Shown: positions 8,725 through 16,194 of the stretch, in pieces | How positions within the stretch are numbered: position 1 is the stretch's first letter | Layout: every line of letters begins with the position of its first letter | Origin: Methanocellales archaeon | Lineage (GTDB): Archaea; Halobacteriota; JAWCLZ01 | Reading direction: 5' to 3' | DNA: 20,632 nt | Assembly (NCBI GenBank): GCA_038850285.1 | Contig: JAWCMA010000023.1 | Location: 1-20,632 of the forward strand | Program-made: the position numbers and the translations under genes | The notes under the pieces: model-generated | Databases searched by the model: none | Told to the model about the DNA's origin: nothing | What the model saw: the letters and a program-made list of their open reading frames with translations, nothing else

Positions 8725-8748
8725 CCAATTCCTTTTTCAGTCCTAACG

Positions 8749-8761
8749 ATATAAAAGTTTC
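8749..8761 (-). promoter_or_regulatory. Putative BRE/TATA for mobA-HARP-hisS
   Basis: GAAAC-TTTTATAT about 25 nt upstream of ATG 8724. Confidence 0.45.
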
Positions 8762-8763
8762 TT

Positions 8764-9333
8764 TCAATTGGCTAAGTTTTCATCTATGTGGATTATTTTA
8801 TCGCAGAACATTTTTAATTTACCTATCACTTGGTCGTCTTCTTCATCGAGGGAGATGAATATGCCATCGATTTCCCAGAGTCTCATTTTGCAGGTTAAGA
8901 AGTGAATGAACTTGGTTACACTGCCGCTTTTATTGTAGATCAAGAGGGTTGATAACGAGTCGAAGAAAACAAATTTTTGCTGGGTTGGAATGGATTTCAC
9001 TGCTTGATCAAGTGCAATGCTTAATCCAGTGAGATCTTCAGCGTTGTTGAGGAATAGCACGCCCTCGCTTTTCTCAGGCTTTCCCCCTGCTAGCTGGGTG
9101 AATGCGTCTATGAAGATCAGCATTCTCAGATCTACTTTATTCTCAAGCAGTTTCTTCATCGCAGCATAGGGTTTATTCAAAGTTACATATACCCCTGGTT
9201 CTTTTTTGATGTTAACAGCATATTCAATGAGTTTTAAAACCGCTTTGGTATAATTCTCAGCCTTGGCTAGCACTAGAATTATTCCTTTTTCTTTTTCAAT
9301 TGCTGCCTCTTTTTCACACACCACTGTTTCCAT
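8764..9333 (-). CDS. Degenerate KaiC/RecA-superfamily single-domain protein lacking Walker A
   Basis: GVYVTLNKP, LIFIDA, VFFDSLSTLLIYN and terminal FCDKII resemble archaeal KaiC-like domains; no GxxGxGKT. ATG 9333 preferred over the track start at 9345. Confidence 0.65.
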   Translation of the reverse strand: METVVCEKEAAIEKEKGIILVLAKAENYTKAVLKLIEYAVNIKKEPGVYVTLNKPYAAMKKLLENKVDLRMLIFIDAFTQLAGGKPEKSEGVLFLNNAEDLTGLSIALDQAVKSIPTQQKFVFFDSLSTLLIYNKSGSVTKFIHFLTCKMRLWEIDGIFISLDEEDDQVIGKLKMFCDKIIHIDENLAN

Positions 9334-9504
9334 TCCAATCCACAAGCATAATTATGATGAGCAATTATAAATATTTTTTGCATTTTTTACCAAAAAATAT
9401 TTAATTTATTTCAAAATAATACAATATTTTAAAATTTAATTTATTTTTTCAAATTCTGCTGCACTCGCTAAATTTATGTGCTGCTAGCACTATTTTTTCA
9501 AAAA

Positions 9505-10680
9505 ATGAATATAGATTTATTGATAGTTGGAAGCAGCCCAGCTGGATTAATGGCTGCTAAAAGAGCAGCTGAATTACTGAAGCAGGAATTCTCAATTATA
9601 TTAATAGATAAAAAAGAGAAAATTGGAATACCACCCTCTCCAGCAAATACATTTTTCAAAACTATGTGGGATAGAACTGGAGAGGAATTGGATAGAGAGT
9701 ATGTTTTAAATGAAGTTAAGGGAATGCATATAATCTCTCCAGCGCTTCATAGAATGGAGATCAAAACCCCTGGCTATGTAATTGACCGCGCTAAATTCGA
9801 CCAACACTATGCCAGAGAGCTAGAGAAACTTGGAGTGGAGATCCATAAAGCAGAGGCAAAGAGCTTGCTTAAAAATGGCAGGAGAATAGCAGGAGTGCAA
9901 ATAGATCAAGGGGATATAAATTTAAATTCAAAGCTAACTATAATTGCAAATGGCGTGGAATCAGAACTTGCAAGTGCAACCGGGCTTAAGCTAATGAAAT
10001 ATCCAGAGGATATAGCTTGGGCATTTGAAGTTGAAGTACAGAGCAAAGGAATTGGCGAAGCAGAGGTCTTCGAATACTACATTGGAAGCATTGCACCAGG
10101 CTGGAAAGCAACTTATTCACCATATGGTGATGATAGAGCTTCACTTGGAATTTATATAAGAGGCTTTGGAAGGGAAATTGAGCCTTTCTTCCATTCCTAT
10201 GTTGAGAAATTCAAGCGAATTAAGGGAATTGAAGTATTGAAAATGAGTGCACCTAAGAGAGGCGGAGACCCCATCGCAACCATTCCAAATGAAATAGCTG
10301 GAGAGGGAGTTATGATAACAGGAGGCGCCTGCGGGCAGAGTGGGATTTGCTATGCAATGCTAGCTGGTAAAATCGCTGGAGAGGTAGCAGCTAAGGCTTT
10401 AATTGCAAATAACCTCTCCAGAGAATTCCTAAGAAAATATGAATTGGAATGGAAGAAAAACTTGCAGTTGGAGTATCAAATGGGACGCGCTGCGCTGGAA
10501 TTAATTAAAAAAATGAGGGATGAGGAAATAGATGCAATTGCAAGAGCATTTGAAAAAGAGGATATCTCAAGGTATTTAAAAGGCAGCCCTTGGGGAATTG
10601 CATTTAAACTTGGCATGCAAATATTAAAGAAATCACCCAATTCAATTTTACTAATAAGCAGGCTGATGCTCGATGTTTAA
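9505..10680 (+). CDS. Divergent geranylgeranyl reductase-family FAD-dependent oxidoreductase
   Basis: DLLIVGSSPAG Rossmann motif, GYVIDRAKFD, IIANGVES, GICYAMLAGKIAGEVA, LRKYELEWK. ATG 9505 preferred over the track start at 9478. Confidence 0.8.
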   Translation: MNIDLLIVGSSPAGLMAAKRAAELLKQEFSIILIDKKEKIGIPPSPANTFFKTMWDRTGEELDREYVLNEVKGMHIISPALHRMEIKTPGYVIDRAKFDQHYARELEKLGVEIHKAEAKSLLKNGRRIAGVQIDQGDINLNSKLTIIANGVESELASATGLKLMKYPEDIAWAFEVEVQSKGIGEAEVFEYYIGSIAPGWKATYSPYGDDRASLGIYIRGFGREIEPFFHSYVEKFKRIKGIEVLKMSAPKRGGDPIATIPNEIAGEGVMITGGACGQSGICYAMLAGKIAGEVAAKALIANNLSREFLRKYELEWKKNLQLEYQMGRAALELIKKMRDEEIDAIARAFEKEDISRYLKGSPWGIAFKLGMQILKKSPNSILLISRLMLDV

Positions 10681-11860
10681 AAATAAAAATAAAAAAAATA
10701 ATAAAAATAAAAATAATAATAATAAAAATAAATATACTCTCTACGAAGGCATTGGATTTGAGGTAATCGCAGAGGTTTTAAATGGCCGCATTAAAATCGA
10801 GGTGGAGGGGAAATTATCGAGAGCAGTGAAACCCTTAATTAAAAAAATGATAAAGCTCCTCCATGGCGAAAAAGCCATTAAAACCTCAGATCAACTTTAT
10901 ATTTCAACTTGGCTCCCCCCTGTTCCAAGCAAGCCCTTTGAAAGATATTCAAAAGCGCAGTTCCACGCGATTTTGGGTAGGATGACGCCGGATCAAGTTA
11001 CCATTGCCATAACCGAGGAATGCCCTAATTTCTGCAAGCACTGTGCCCTTCCAGATACTAAAAATAAAGCCAGGCTTTCCTTAAATGAAATTAAAACTGC
11101 AATAGAACAAGCACTTGCACTTGGAACCACGCTTGTGATCTTCGATGGAGGAGAGCCCTTGACCTATGGAGATCTCTCAAGTGCAATTAAAATGGTGGAG
11201 GGAAGCAAGGCAATTTCAACCCTATTCACCTCAGGCTATGGCTTAACCTTTGAAAAAGCACTTGAATTGAAGCAAGCCGGGCTATATGCAGTTAATGTAA
11301 GCTTGGACTTCCCAGAGGAAAAAAGGCATGATGAAATGCGAGGGCGAGTTGGGGTTTTCACTGAAGCAATTGAAGCGATTGAAAACTGCTTAAAAGCAGG
11401 ACTACTCGTGGACATATATGTAGTACTCTCCCCCGAGAACATCGACTATTTAGAGGACTTCTATACCCTAGCAGTTGAAACCAATGCCCATGAGTTAACC
11501 TTCTATGAAATCGTGCCCACAGGTAGATGGCTCAATGGAGAGGTTTTGAATGAAAGTGAGCGCATAAAACTGGATAGATTTATAGAAAGCGTTCGAAACC
11601 AAGCTGGACCTAGAGTTATGTCCATACCCCATATTATGAAAACCACAGGCTGCTTCGCGGGAAGAAAATGGCTTCACATCACCCCCCAGGGCGAGGTATG
11701 GCCCTGTGCCTGCATACCCATTTCCTATGGCAATATAAAAAGCCAGAGACTGGAGGAAATTTGGAGGAGAATTAGAGCTCAGCAAATCTATCGCGATTTA
11801 AACATAGATTGCTTAATGCGCAATTCAGAATTTCGATTGAAATATCTTAAGTATAAGTAG
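10673..11860 (+). CDS. Radical SAM protein with C-terminal Twitch/SPASM-like domain
   Basis: CPNFCKHC (CxxxCxxC), DGGEP, VSLD, GCFAGRKWLHITPQGEVWPCAC and a distal DCLMR; start overlaps the stop region of the GGR-like gene. Confidence 0.9.
   Translation: MFKNKNKKNNKNKNNNNKNKYTLYEGIGFEVIAEVLNGRIKIEVEGKLSRAVKPLIKKMIKLLHGEKAIKTSDQLYISTWLPPVPSKPFERYSKAQFHAILGRMTPDQVTIAITEECPNFCKHCALPDTKNKARLSLNEIKTAIEQALALGTTLVIFDGGEPLTYGDLSSAIKMVEGSKAISTLFTSGYGLTFEKALELKQAGLYAVNVSLDFPEEKRHDEMRGRVGVFTEAIEAIENCLKAGLLVDIYVVLSPENIDYLEDFYTLAVETNAHELTFYEIVPTGRWLNGEVLNESERIKLDRFIESVRNQAGPRVMSIPHIMKTTGCFAGRKWLHITPQGEVWPCACIPISYGNIKSQRLEEIWRRIRAQQIYRDLNIDCLMRNSEFRLKYLKYK
10679..10733 (+). repeat. AAAAAT/AAT microsatellite encoding a K/N-only N-terminal tract
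   Basis: aaaaataaaaataaaaaaaataataaaaataaaaataataataataaaaataaa encodes KNKNKKNNKNKNNNNKNK. Confidence 0.85.
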
Positions 11861-11882
11861 TAGGAGGAGTAATTGCAATTTG

Positions 11883-13115
11883 ATGAAGAAAAAAGGCTTG
11901 CTTATAGTAATAGATGGAATGGCAGATCGCCCGGTTAAAGCCCTCGGGGGTAAAACTCCACTTGAGCACGGGGTATTCCCGAGTTTCAATGAAGTGGCGA
12001 GGCGAGGGATAAATGGACTTATGGATCCAGTTGCCCCGGGAATTGCAATTGGCAGCGATACCTCGCATATCTCAATACTAGGCTACGATGCTTATAAAGT
12101 CTATAGAGGCAGAGGCTACCTAGAAGCACTTGGAGAGGGACTGCCAGTCGAAGAGGGGGACATTGGCTTTAGAGTGAACTTCGCCACAGTTAGAAATGGA
12201 GTGGTAATCGATAGAAGAGCTGGGCGGATTCAAGAGGGACAGGCTGCTCTTGCTCGAGCGATAAACACAGGAGTCAAGCTACCTAGCGATGTGCAAGCAA
12301 TTTTCAAGGAGAGCACCGGTCATAGAGGCGCGCTTATACTCCGCGGGAGTGGATTAAGCGAGAAAGTCACAGATTCCGATCCCCACGCGGTGAATGAAAG
12401 AGTTAGAGAGGTTAAGCCCCTTGCTAAGGAAGCGGAATTCACCGCTTATGTGCTCAATGAATTCATAAGGCAAAGTACTGAGATTTTAAGCAAGCACGAG
12501 GTGAATAAGGAGAGGGTGAGAAAAGGCCTGCTACCAGCCAACTATTTACTCATACGCGGCCCAGGGGTTAAACCGGAGGTGGAGTCTTTCAAGCAGAAAT
12601 TTGGATTAAATGGAGCTTGCATAGCTGCAACTGCCCTAGTGAGAGGAGTCGCGGCATCTCTAGGTTTAGAGCTGCTTAAAGTGGAGGGAATGACAGGGGA
12701 ATACAACACCGATGAACTTGCTAAAGCTAGGGAGACAGTTAAAGCACTGGAGAAATATGACTTCATTTTCACCCACTTCAAGCCCACCGATGCTGCTTCT
12801 CACGATGGCAATGTAAAGCTAAAGCTCGAGATGCTAGCTAAGGCTGATCGAATGGTTGGCTATATATTAGCCAATGTGGACTTAGATGAAGTAGTGCTCT
12901 GCTTAACCGCAGACCACACCACACCTCTAGAGGTAAAAGAGCACATGGGCGATCCCGTTCCAGTTGCAATTGCAGGTGAAGCAATTAGAGTTGATGATGT
13001 TAATAAATTCAACGAGCGCAGTTGCGCTAAAGGAGGCTTGGGTAGAATCAGAGGCAATGAGCTTATGAATATAATGCATAATTATATGAATCGAATGGAG
13101 AAATTTGGAGCTTGA
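11883..13115 (+). CDS. apgM: 2,3-bisphosphoglycerate-independent phosphoglycerate mutase (archaeal type)
   Basis: IDGMAD, GKTPLE, GSDTSH, GRGYLEALG, DRRAGRI, DAASHDG, TADHTTP, HMGDPVP; SD GGAGG upstream. Confidence 0.93.
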   Translation: MKKKGLLIVIDGMADRPVKALGGKTPLEHGVFPSFNEVARRGINGLMDPVAPGIAIGSDTSHISILGYDAYKVYRGRGYLEALGEGLPVEEGDIGFRVNFATVRNGVVIDRRAGRIQEGQAALARAINTGVKLPSDVQAIFKESTGHRGALILRGSGLSEKVTDSDPHAVNERVREVKPLAKEAEFTAYVLNEFIRQSTEILSKHEVNKERVRKGLLPANYLLIRGPGVKPEVESFKQKFGLNGACIAATALVRGVAASLGLELLKVEGMTGEYNTDELAKARETVKALEKYDFIFTHFKPTDAASHDGNVKLKLEMLAKADRMVGYILANVDLDEVVLCLTADHTTPLEVKEHMGDPVPVAIAGEAIRVDDVNKFNERSCAKGGLGRIRGNELMNIMHNYMNRMEKFGA

Positions 13116-13118
13116 AAA

Positions 13119-13361
13119 ATGGCTGAGGAGGAGGATTTTGAAGCTCTTGATAGATTAATTGAAGCTGAAGCGAAGGAAAAAAAGGGGAAGAACATCTATT
13201 GCTCTCGCTGCGGCTCTAAAGATATAACTTATTACATTGGACAATATCTAGGCTCGCTTTATCAATGCAAAGAATGCGGGCACGTGGATAACTTCATAAT
13301 TGAAGATGGCTTGCTTGGGGAGAAAATTCGAGAGGAATATTTGAAGAAGCAGAAGGGTTAA
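13119..13361 (+). CDS. Small zinc-ribbon protein
   Basis: CSRCGS...YQCKECG (two CxxC knuckles); starts 3 nt after the apgM stop. Confidence 0.75.
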   Translation: MAEEEDFEALDRLIEAEAKEKKGKNIYCSRCGSKDITYYIGQYLGSLYQCKECGHVDNFIIEDGLLGEKIREEYLKKQKG

Positions 13362-14059
13362 AAATAGCTGAGCTTAGTTTGCCTTTGAAGGGCAATTTCC
13401 CTTCCATTAATATCATATTTTTTAACCCCATCGCTCTTGGAATCATATATTAAATATTCTTCAGTGGCTGGAGCTAGGGAGTAGCACTCAGATTCCTCAA
13501 TTCTGCGATAGGCAAATTCATGATGGTGACCTGAGAATAAATATCTAGGCTTAACGATTTTGAGAATATTGGTTATATGGCGGACTCCAACGTCATAGCC
13601 CCTTCGGCGAATCAAACCGAGAGGTGCTTCGTGAGCGAGGAAGAAATCTATGTTTGAAAGCGATAAACAGCGCTGCACTTCCTCAGCCACGAAGTGGCGC
13701 CTTCTATCTCCAGAGAGTTCCTCTCTTTTTAAGTTGAAGTACTTTGGAGCGTAATTTCCACAGAGTCCAGATAGCATCAAGCTATCGCTTCCCTTGCGCA
13801 AGTTTATTGTTTCCCCGCTTTTAATGAGCTTTAGATTCTCATATTCAACTTCTCCATTTAACATTGCTTGAATGACATCGAAGTCTTCATTATTGCCAAA
13901 TATGAAGTAGCTTGAGATGGGCAGGGATTCATAGAAGCCTAGATCGCCTGCTTGAATTATGAAGTCAACTTTTTGCTTGTTTAACTCAAGCAGCTGCTTA
14001 AATCTAGCTCTATTCTCCTTTAACTCGCCGTGTAGATCTCCTAGGAGCAATAGCTTCAT
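13358..14059 (-). CDS. Calcineurin-like metallophosphoesterase
   Basis: GDLHG, AGDLG, GNNED, AHEAP and SGHHH metal-binding motifs. Confidence 0.88.
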   Translation of the reverse strand: MKLLLLGDLHGELKENRARFKQLLELNKQKVDFIIQAGDLGFYESLPISSYFIFGNNEDFDVIQAMLNGEVEYENLKLIKSGETINLRKGSDSLMLSGLCGNYAPKYFNLKREELSGDRRRHFVAEEVQRCLSLSNIDFFLAHEAPLGLIRRRGYDVGVRHITNILKIVKPRYLFSGHHHEFAYRRIEESECYSLAPATEEYLIYDSKSDGVKKYDINGREIALQRQTKLSYF

Positions 14060-14771
14060 AATCCACAGCTCTTAAGATCTCCCTGGGATTGCGAAGTACC
14101 TTTATGCCTTCAAGCTTTTTAAGCTTATTTACATTCTCTCTATCTATATCTCTAACCTTGATTTCCACAATTCCCCCTCTTATTGCTCCAAATCTACATA
14201 GCTTTATGCATTCCCCGCAGCCTGTGCAGCGCAATAGATCAATTTGATCTCCAATTGCCCCGCTGGGACATAGCTCTCTAGGCTTGCAGGTTTTGCATTT
14301 TTTACATAGCTCGCGGTCAATGAAGTAGGGCATTTGTGATTTAATTTCCCCAGCTACATCAACCGGTAGAATGTAAACCCTCGTGCCCCCTTTGATTGCT
14401 TGAGCAACTGCATTGGTAACAAGGGTATCCGCAATCCCATGGGCTATCTTAGCGGTGGTATTGGAAGTGGCTGGGGCAACTATTAAAGCACCATATTTCC
14501 CCAGTCCAAGTCTACCTGCTTTGGGCGAGCTAGCGCTTGATTCCAAGAAAACTTCCTCTAAATACCCCCCAGGGGCTATCTTCTGCAGCTCCCCATATAA
14601 GCCATACATCTTAACAACTTCCTCCCCCGCTCTAGAGAGGTAAATGGTTATTTTAACATTCTTATTAGCCTTAATTTCTTTGAAAACCTCAAAGCTCTCC
14701 TTGAGATAATGCCCAGCTCCAGTTATCGCCCAAGCTATGACTTTGGCTTTTTCAGCTTTAACCTTAATTAT
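14010..14771 (-). CDS. dmrX: Dihydromethanopterin reductase (acceptor)-like flavoprotein with 2x[4Fe-4S] insert (MJ0208/DmrX family)
   Basis: APATSNTTAKIAHGIADTLVTNA, PVD and ferredoxin motifs CKKCKTC..CP / CTGCGECIKLC. The frame stays open upstream of the track start (14609) and encodes the conserved IAWAITGAGHYL and LSRAGEEV motifs; the start appears to be ATA 14771 or ATT 14768. Confidence 0.82.
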   Translation of the reverse strand: MIKVKAEKAKVIAWAITGAGHYLKESFEVFKEIKANKNVKITIYLSRAGEEVVKMYGLYGELQKIAPGGYLEEVFLESSASSPKAGRLGLGKYGALIVAPATSNTTAKIAHGIADTLVTNAVAQAIKGGTRVYILPVDVAGEIKSQMPYFIDRELCKKCKTCKPRELCPSGAIGDQIDLLRCTGCGECIKLCRFGAIRGGIVEIKVRDIDRENVNKLKKLEGIKVLRNPREILRAVDYEAIAPRRSTRRVKGE

Positions 14772-14773
14772 AG

Positions 14774-15349
14774 CTATTCCCCCAAGTATTGCTTTAGCTT
14801 CTTAAGTGCTTTTTTCTCTCGATTGCTCCCGCATTTTTCAACGATGGTGCTGTAATATTCTATCAACTCCTTATATCGCTCCTCGCCAGTTGCGCGATAT
14901 CGAGTGGCGTGTATAGCTGCTTCTATCACTGCATAGAGTGCTCTATTAATAGCAGCCACTTTTTTACATACCACTCCACCCTGCTTGGGCTTGAGCTTGA
15001 TTAAAGCTGGCTCCGAACTTGATTTTATCTGACATTCAAATAAAACCCAAGCACTAGCTTGCTTGAGCACTGGAATAGATAGGTTTTTTTTAAAGACATA
15101 GTGCTTTTTACTTAAACTAGAGAAAGCAGTGGTTATAAAGAGCAGGGGATCGTCAACAATATTCCCAATTAAAGAACCTGTCTCAGAAATGTTTTTATAA
15201 GTAGTGGTGTTTTTATAGATCCTCGCGGAAACCAAGCCTCTTTTAATCCTCAAGCCTATTGGAGCTGCATTAGGCTGCTTGGAGTTTGAAATCGTAGTTA
15301 CTATTACTTCATTTATTCCCTCAGTTAAGCCATAGCTCTGGAGATTCAA
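14774..15349 (-). CDS. DUF447 family protein
   Basis: GINEVIVTT, PNAAPIG, TTYKNI, INRA...VIEAAIHATR, VEKCG motifs. Confidence 0.85.
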   Translation of the reverse strand: MNLQSYGLTEGINEVIVTTISNSKQPNAAPIGLRIKRGLVSARIYKNTTTYKNISETGSLIGNIVDDPLLFITTAFSSLSKKHYVFKKNLSIPVLKQASAWVLFECQIKSSSEPALIKLKPKQGGVVCKKVAAINRALYAVIEAAIHATRYRATGEERYKELIEYYSTIVEKCGSNREKKALKKLKQYLGE

Positions 15350-16194
15350 AAGCGCATTCCCCCCAGGAGAGCTATGAAGAGGGAAGCAGCGATTATATCT
15401 GCAGTTGACCCTGGGTTTATGCCCTCGCGTATTAACTGCTCATCGAATCGCTTTATCTGCTCTTTATCCTTTAAAACCAAGCTTGCCATTTGACTTACCC
15501 AGAGTGCTTTTTGCTTGCCGAATTTAATCTCAATGAAGGTATCGGGTTCTTCCGAGAGCATTTGCAGGTAAACTTGCACTATGGCATCGTTTACATTGCT
15601 CTCCCTAGTTTTTTTATTCAGAAGTAAAGCGCCATTGAAGCTTCGGGGGAAGCCTTTGCACCATTCCTCAGCGATTAAATCTCGATCGCAGCTGAGTTTC
15701 ATAACTTCATATAGAGATAGATTTTTTTCCTCCAATATTTTTATAGAACTTGGATCATTTACATCGAGATAGTCCACTTGCTTCACCCTTACCTTAACCC
15801 TTGAGAAGGCTTTATAGAATTCAATTGCATCTCTAGAAGTGGTGTTCCTCACTAAGTGTATTGCATTTTGCTTCAACTCCGCTTGAGATCTACTTATACC
15901 CGCGCTCATTATCAGGGGAATTAAAAGAGTATAGGCACCGAAGTGGGTATTTCCCCCTTTATGCCATTTAACACTCTCTTCAACCGCGGCGCTTATCAAT
16001 GCACCTATTCCATTTTTCGATCTAGCTGCTTGTTCGAAAACCGGATATGCTCCAACTGCCGAGGCTAAGAAGTGCTCAAAGCGAGTATCTTTATAGTCAT
16101 GCTCACGATCTATATTCCCAGGCTTGGGATTGGCAGTTACCTCTAAGATCAATGCTAGCTGAGCGCATCTAGCTATATAGCTTGAGTCATGCAT
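15346..16194 (-). CDS. citG: CitG-family triphosphoribosyl-dephospho-CoA synthase-like protein
   Basis: LEVTANPKPGNIDR, GGNTHFG, PDTFI..KFG, INPGSTADIIAA. Confidence 0.88.
   Translation of the reverse strand: MHDSSYIARCAQLALILEVTANPKPGNIDREHDYKDTRFEHFLASAVGAYPVFEQAARSKNGIGALISAAVEESVKWHKGGNTHFGAYTLLIPLIMSAGISRSQAELKQNAIHLVRNTTSRDAIEFYKAFSRVKVRVKQVDYLDVNDPSSIKILEEKNLSLYEVMKLSCDRDLIAEEWCKGFPRSFNGALLLNKKTRESNVNDAIVQVYLQMLSEEPDTFIEIKFGKQKALWVSQMASLVLKDKEQIKRFDEQLIREGINPGSTADIIAASLFIALLGGMRF

Noticed and set aside
13119-13361. Transposase zinc-ribbon fragment
   Set aside because: No catalytic domain, terminal repeats or target duplication; it looks like a complete small protein coupled to apgM.
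11858-14776. Pyrrolysine readthrough of TAG stops (radical SAM, DUF447)
   Set aside because: Each TAG is followed within two codons by another in-frame stop (TAG TAG; TAG CTA TAA) and the proteins look complete.
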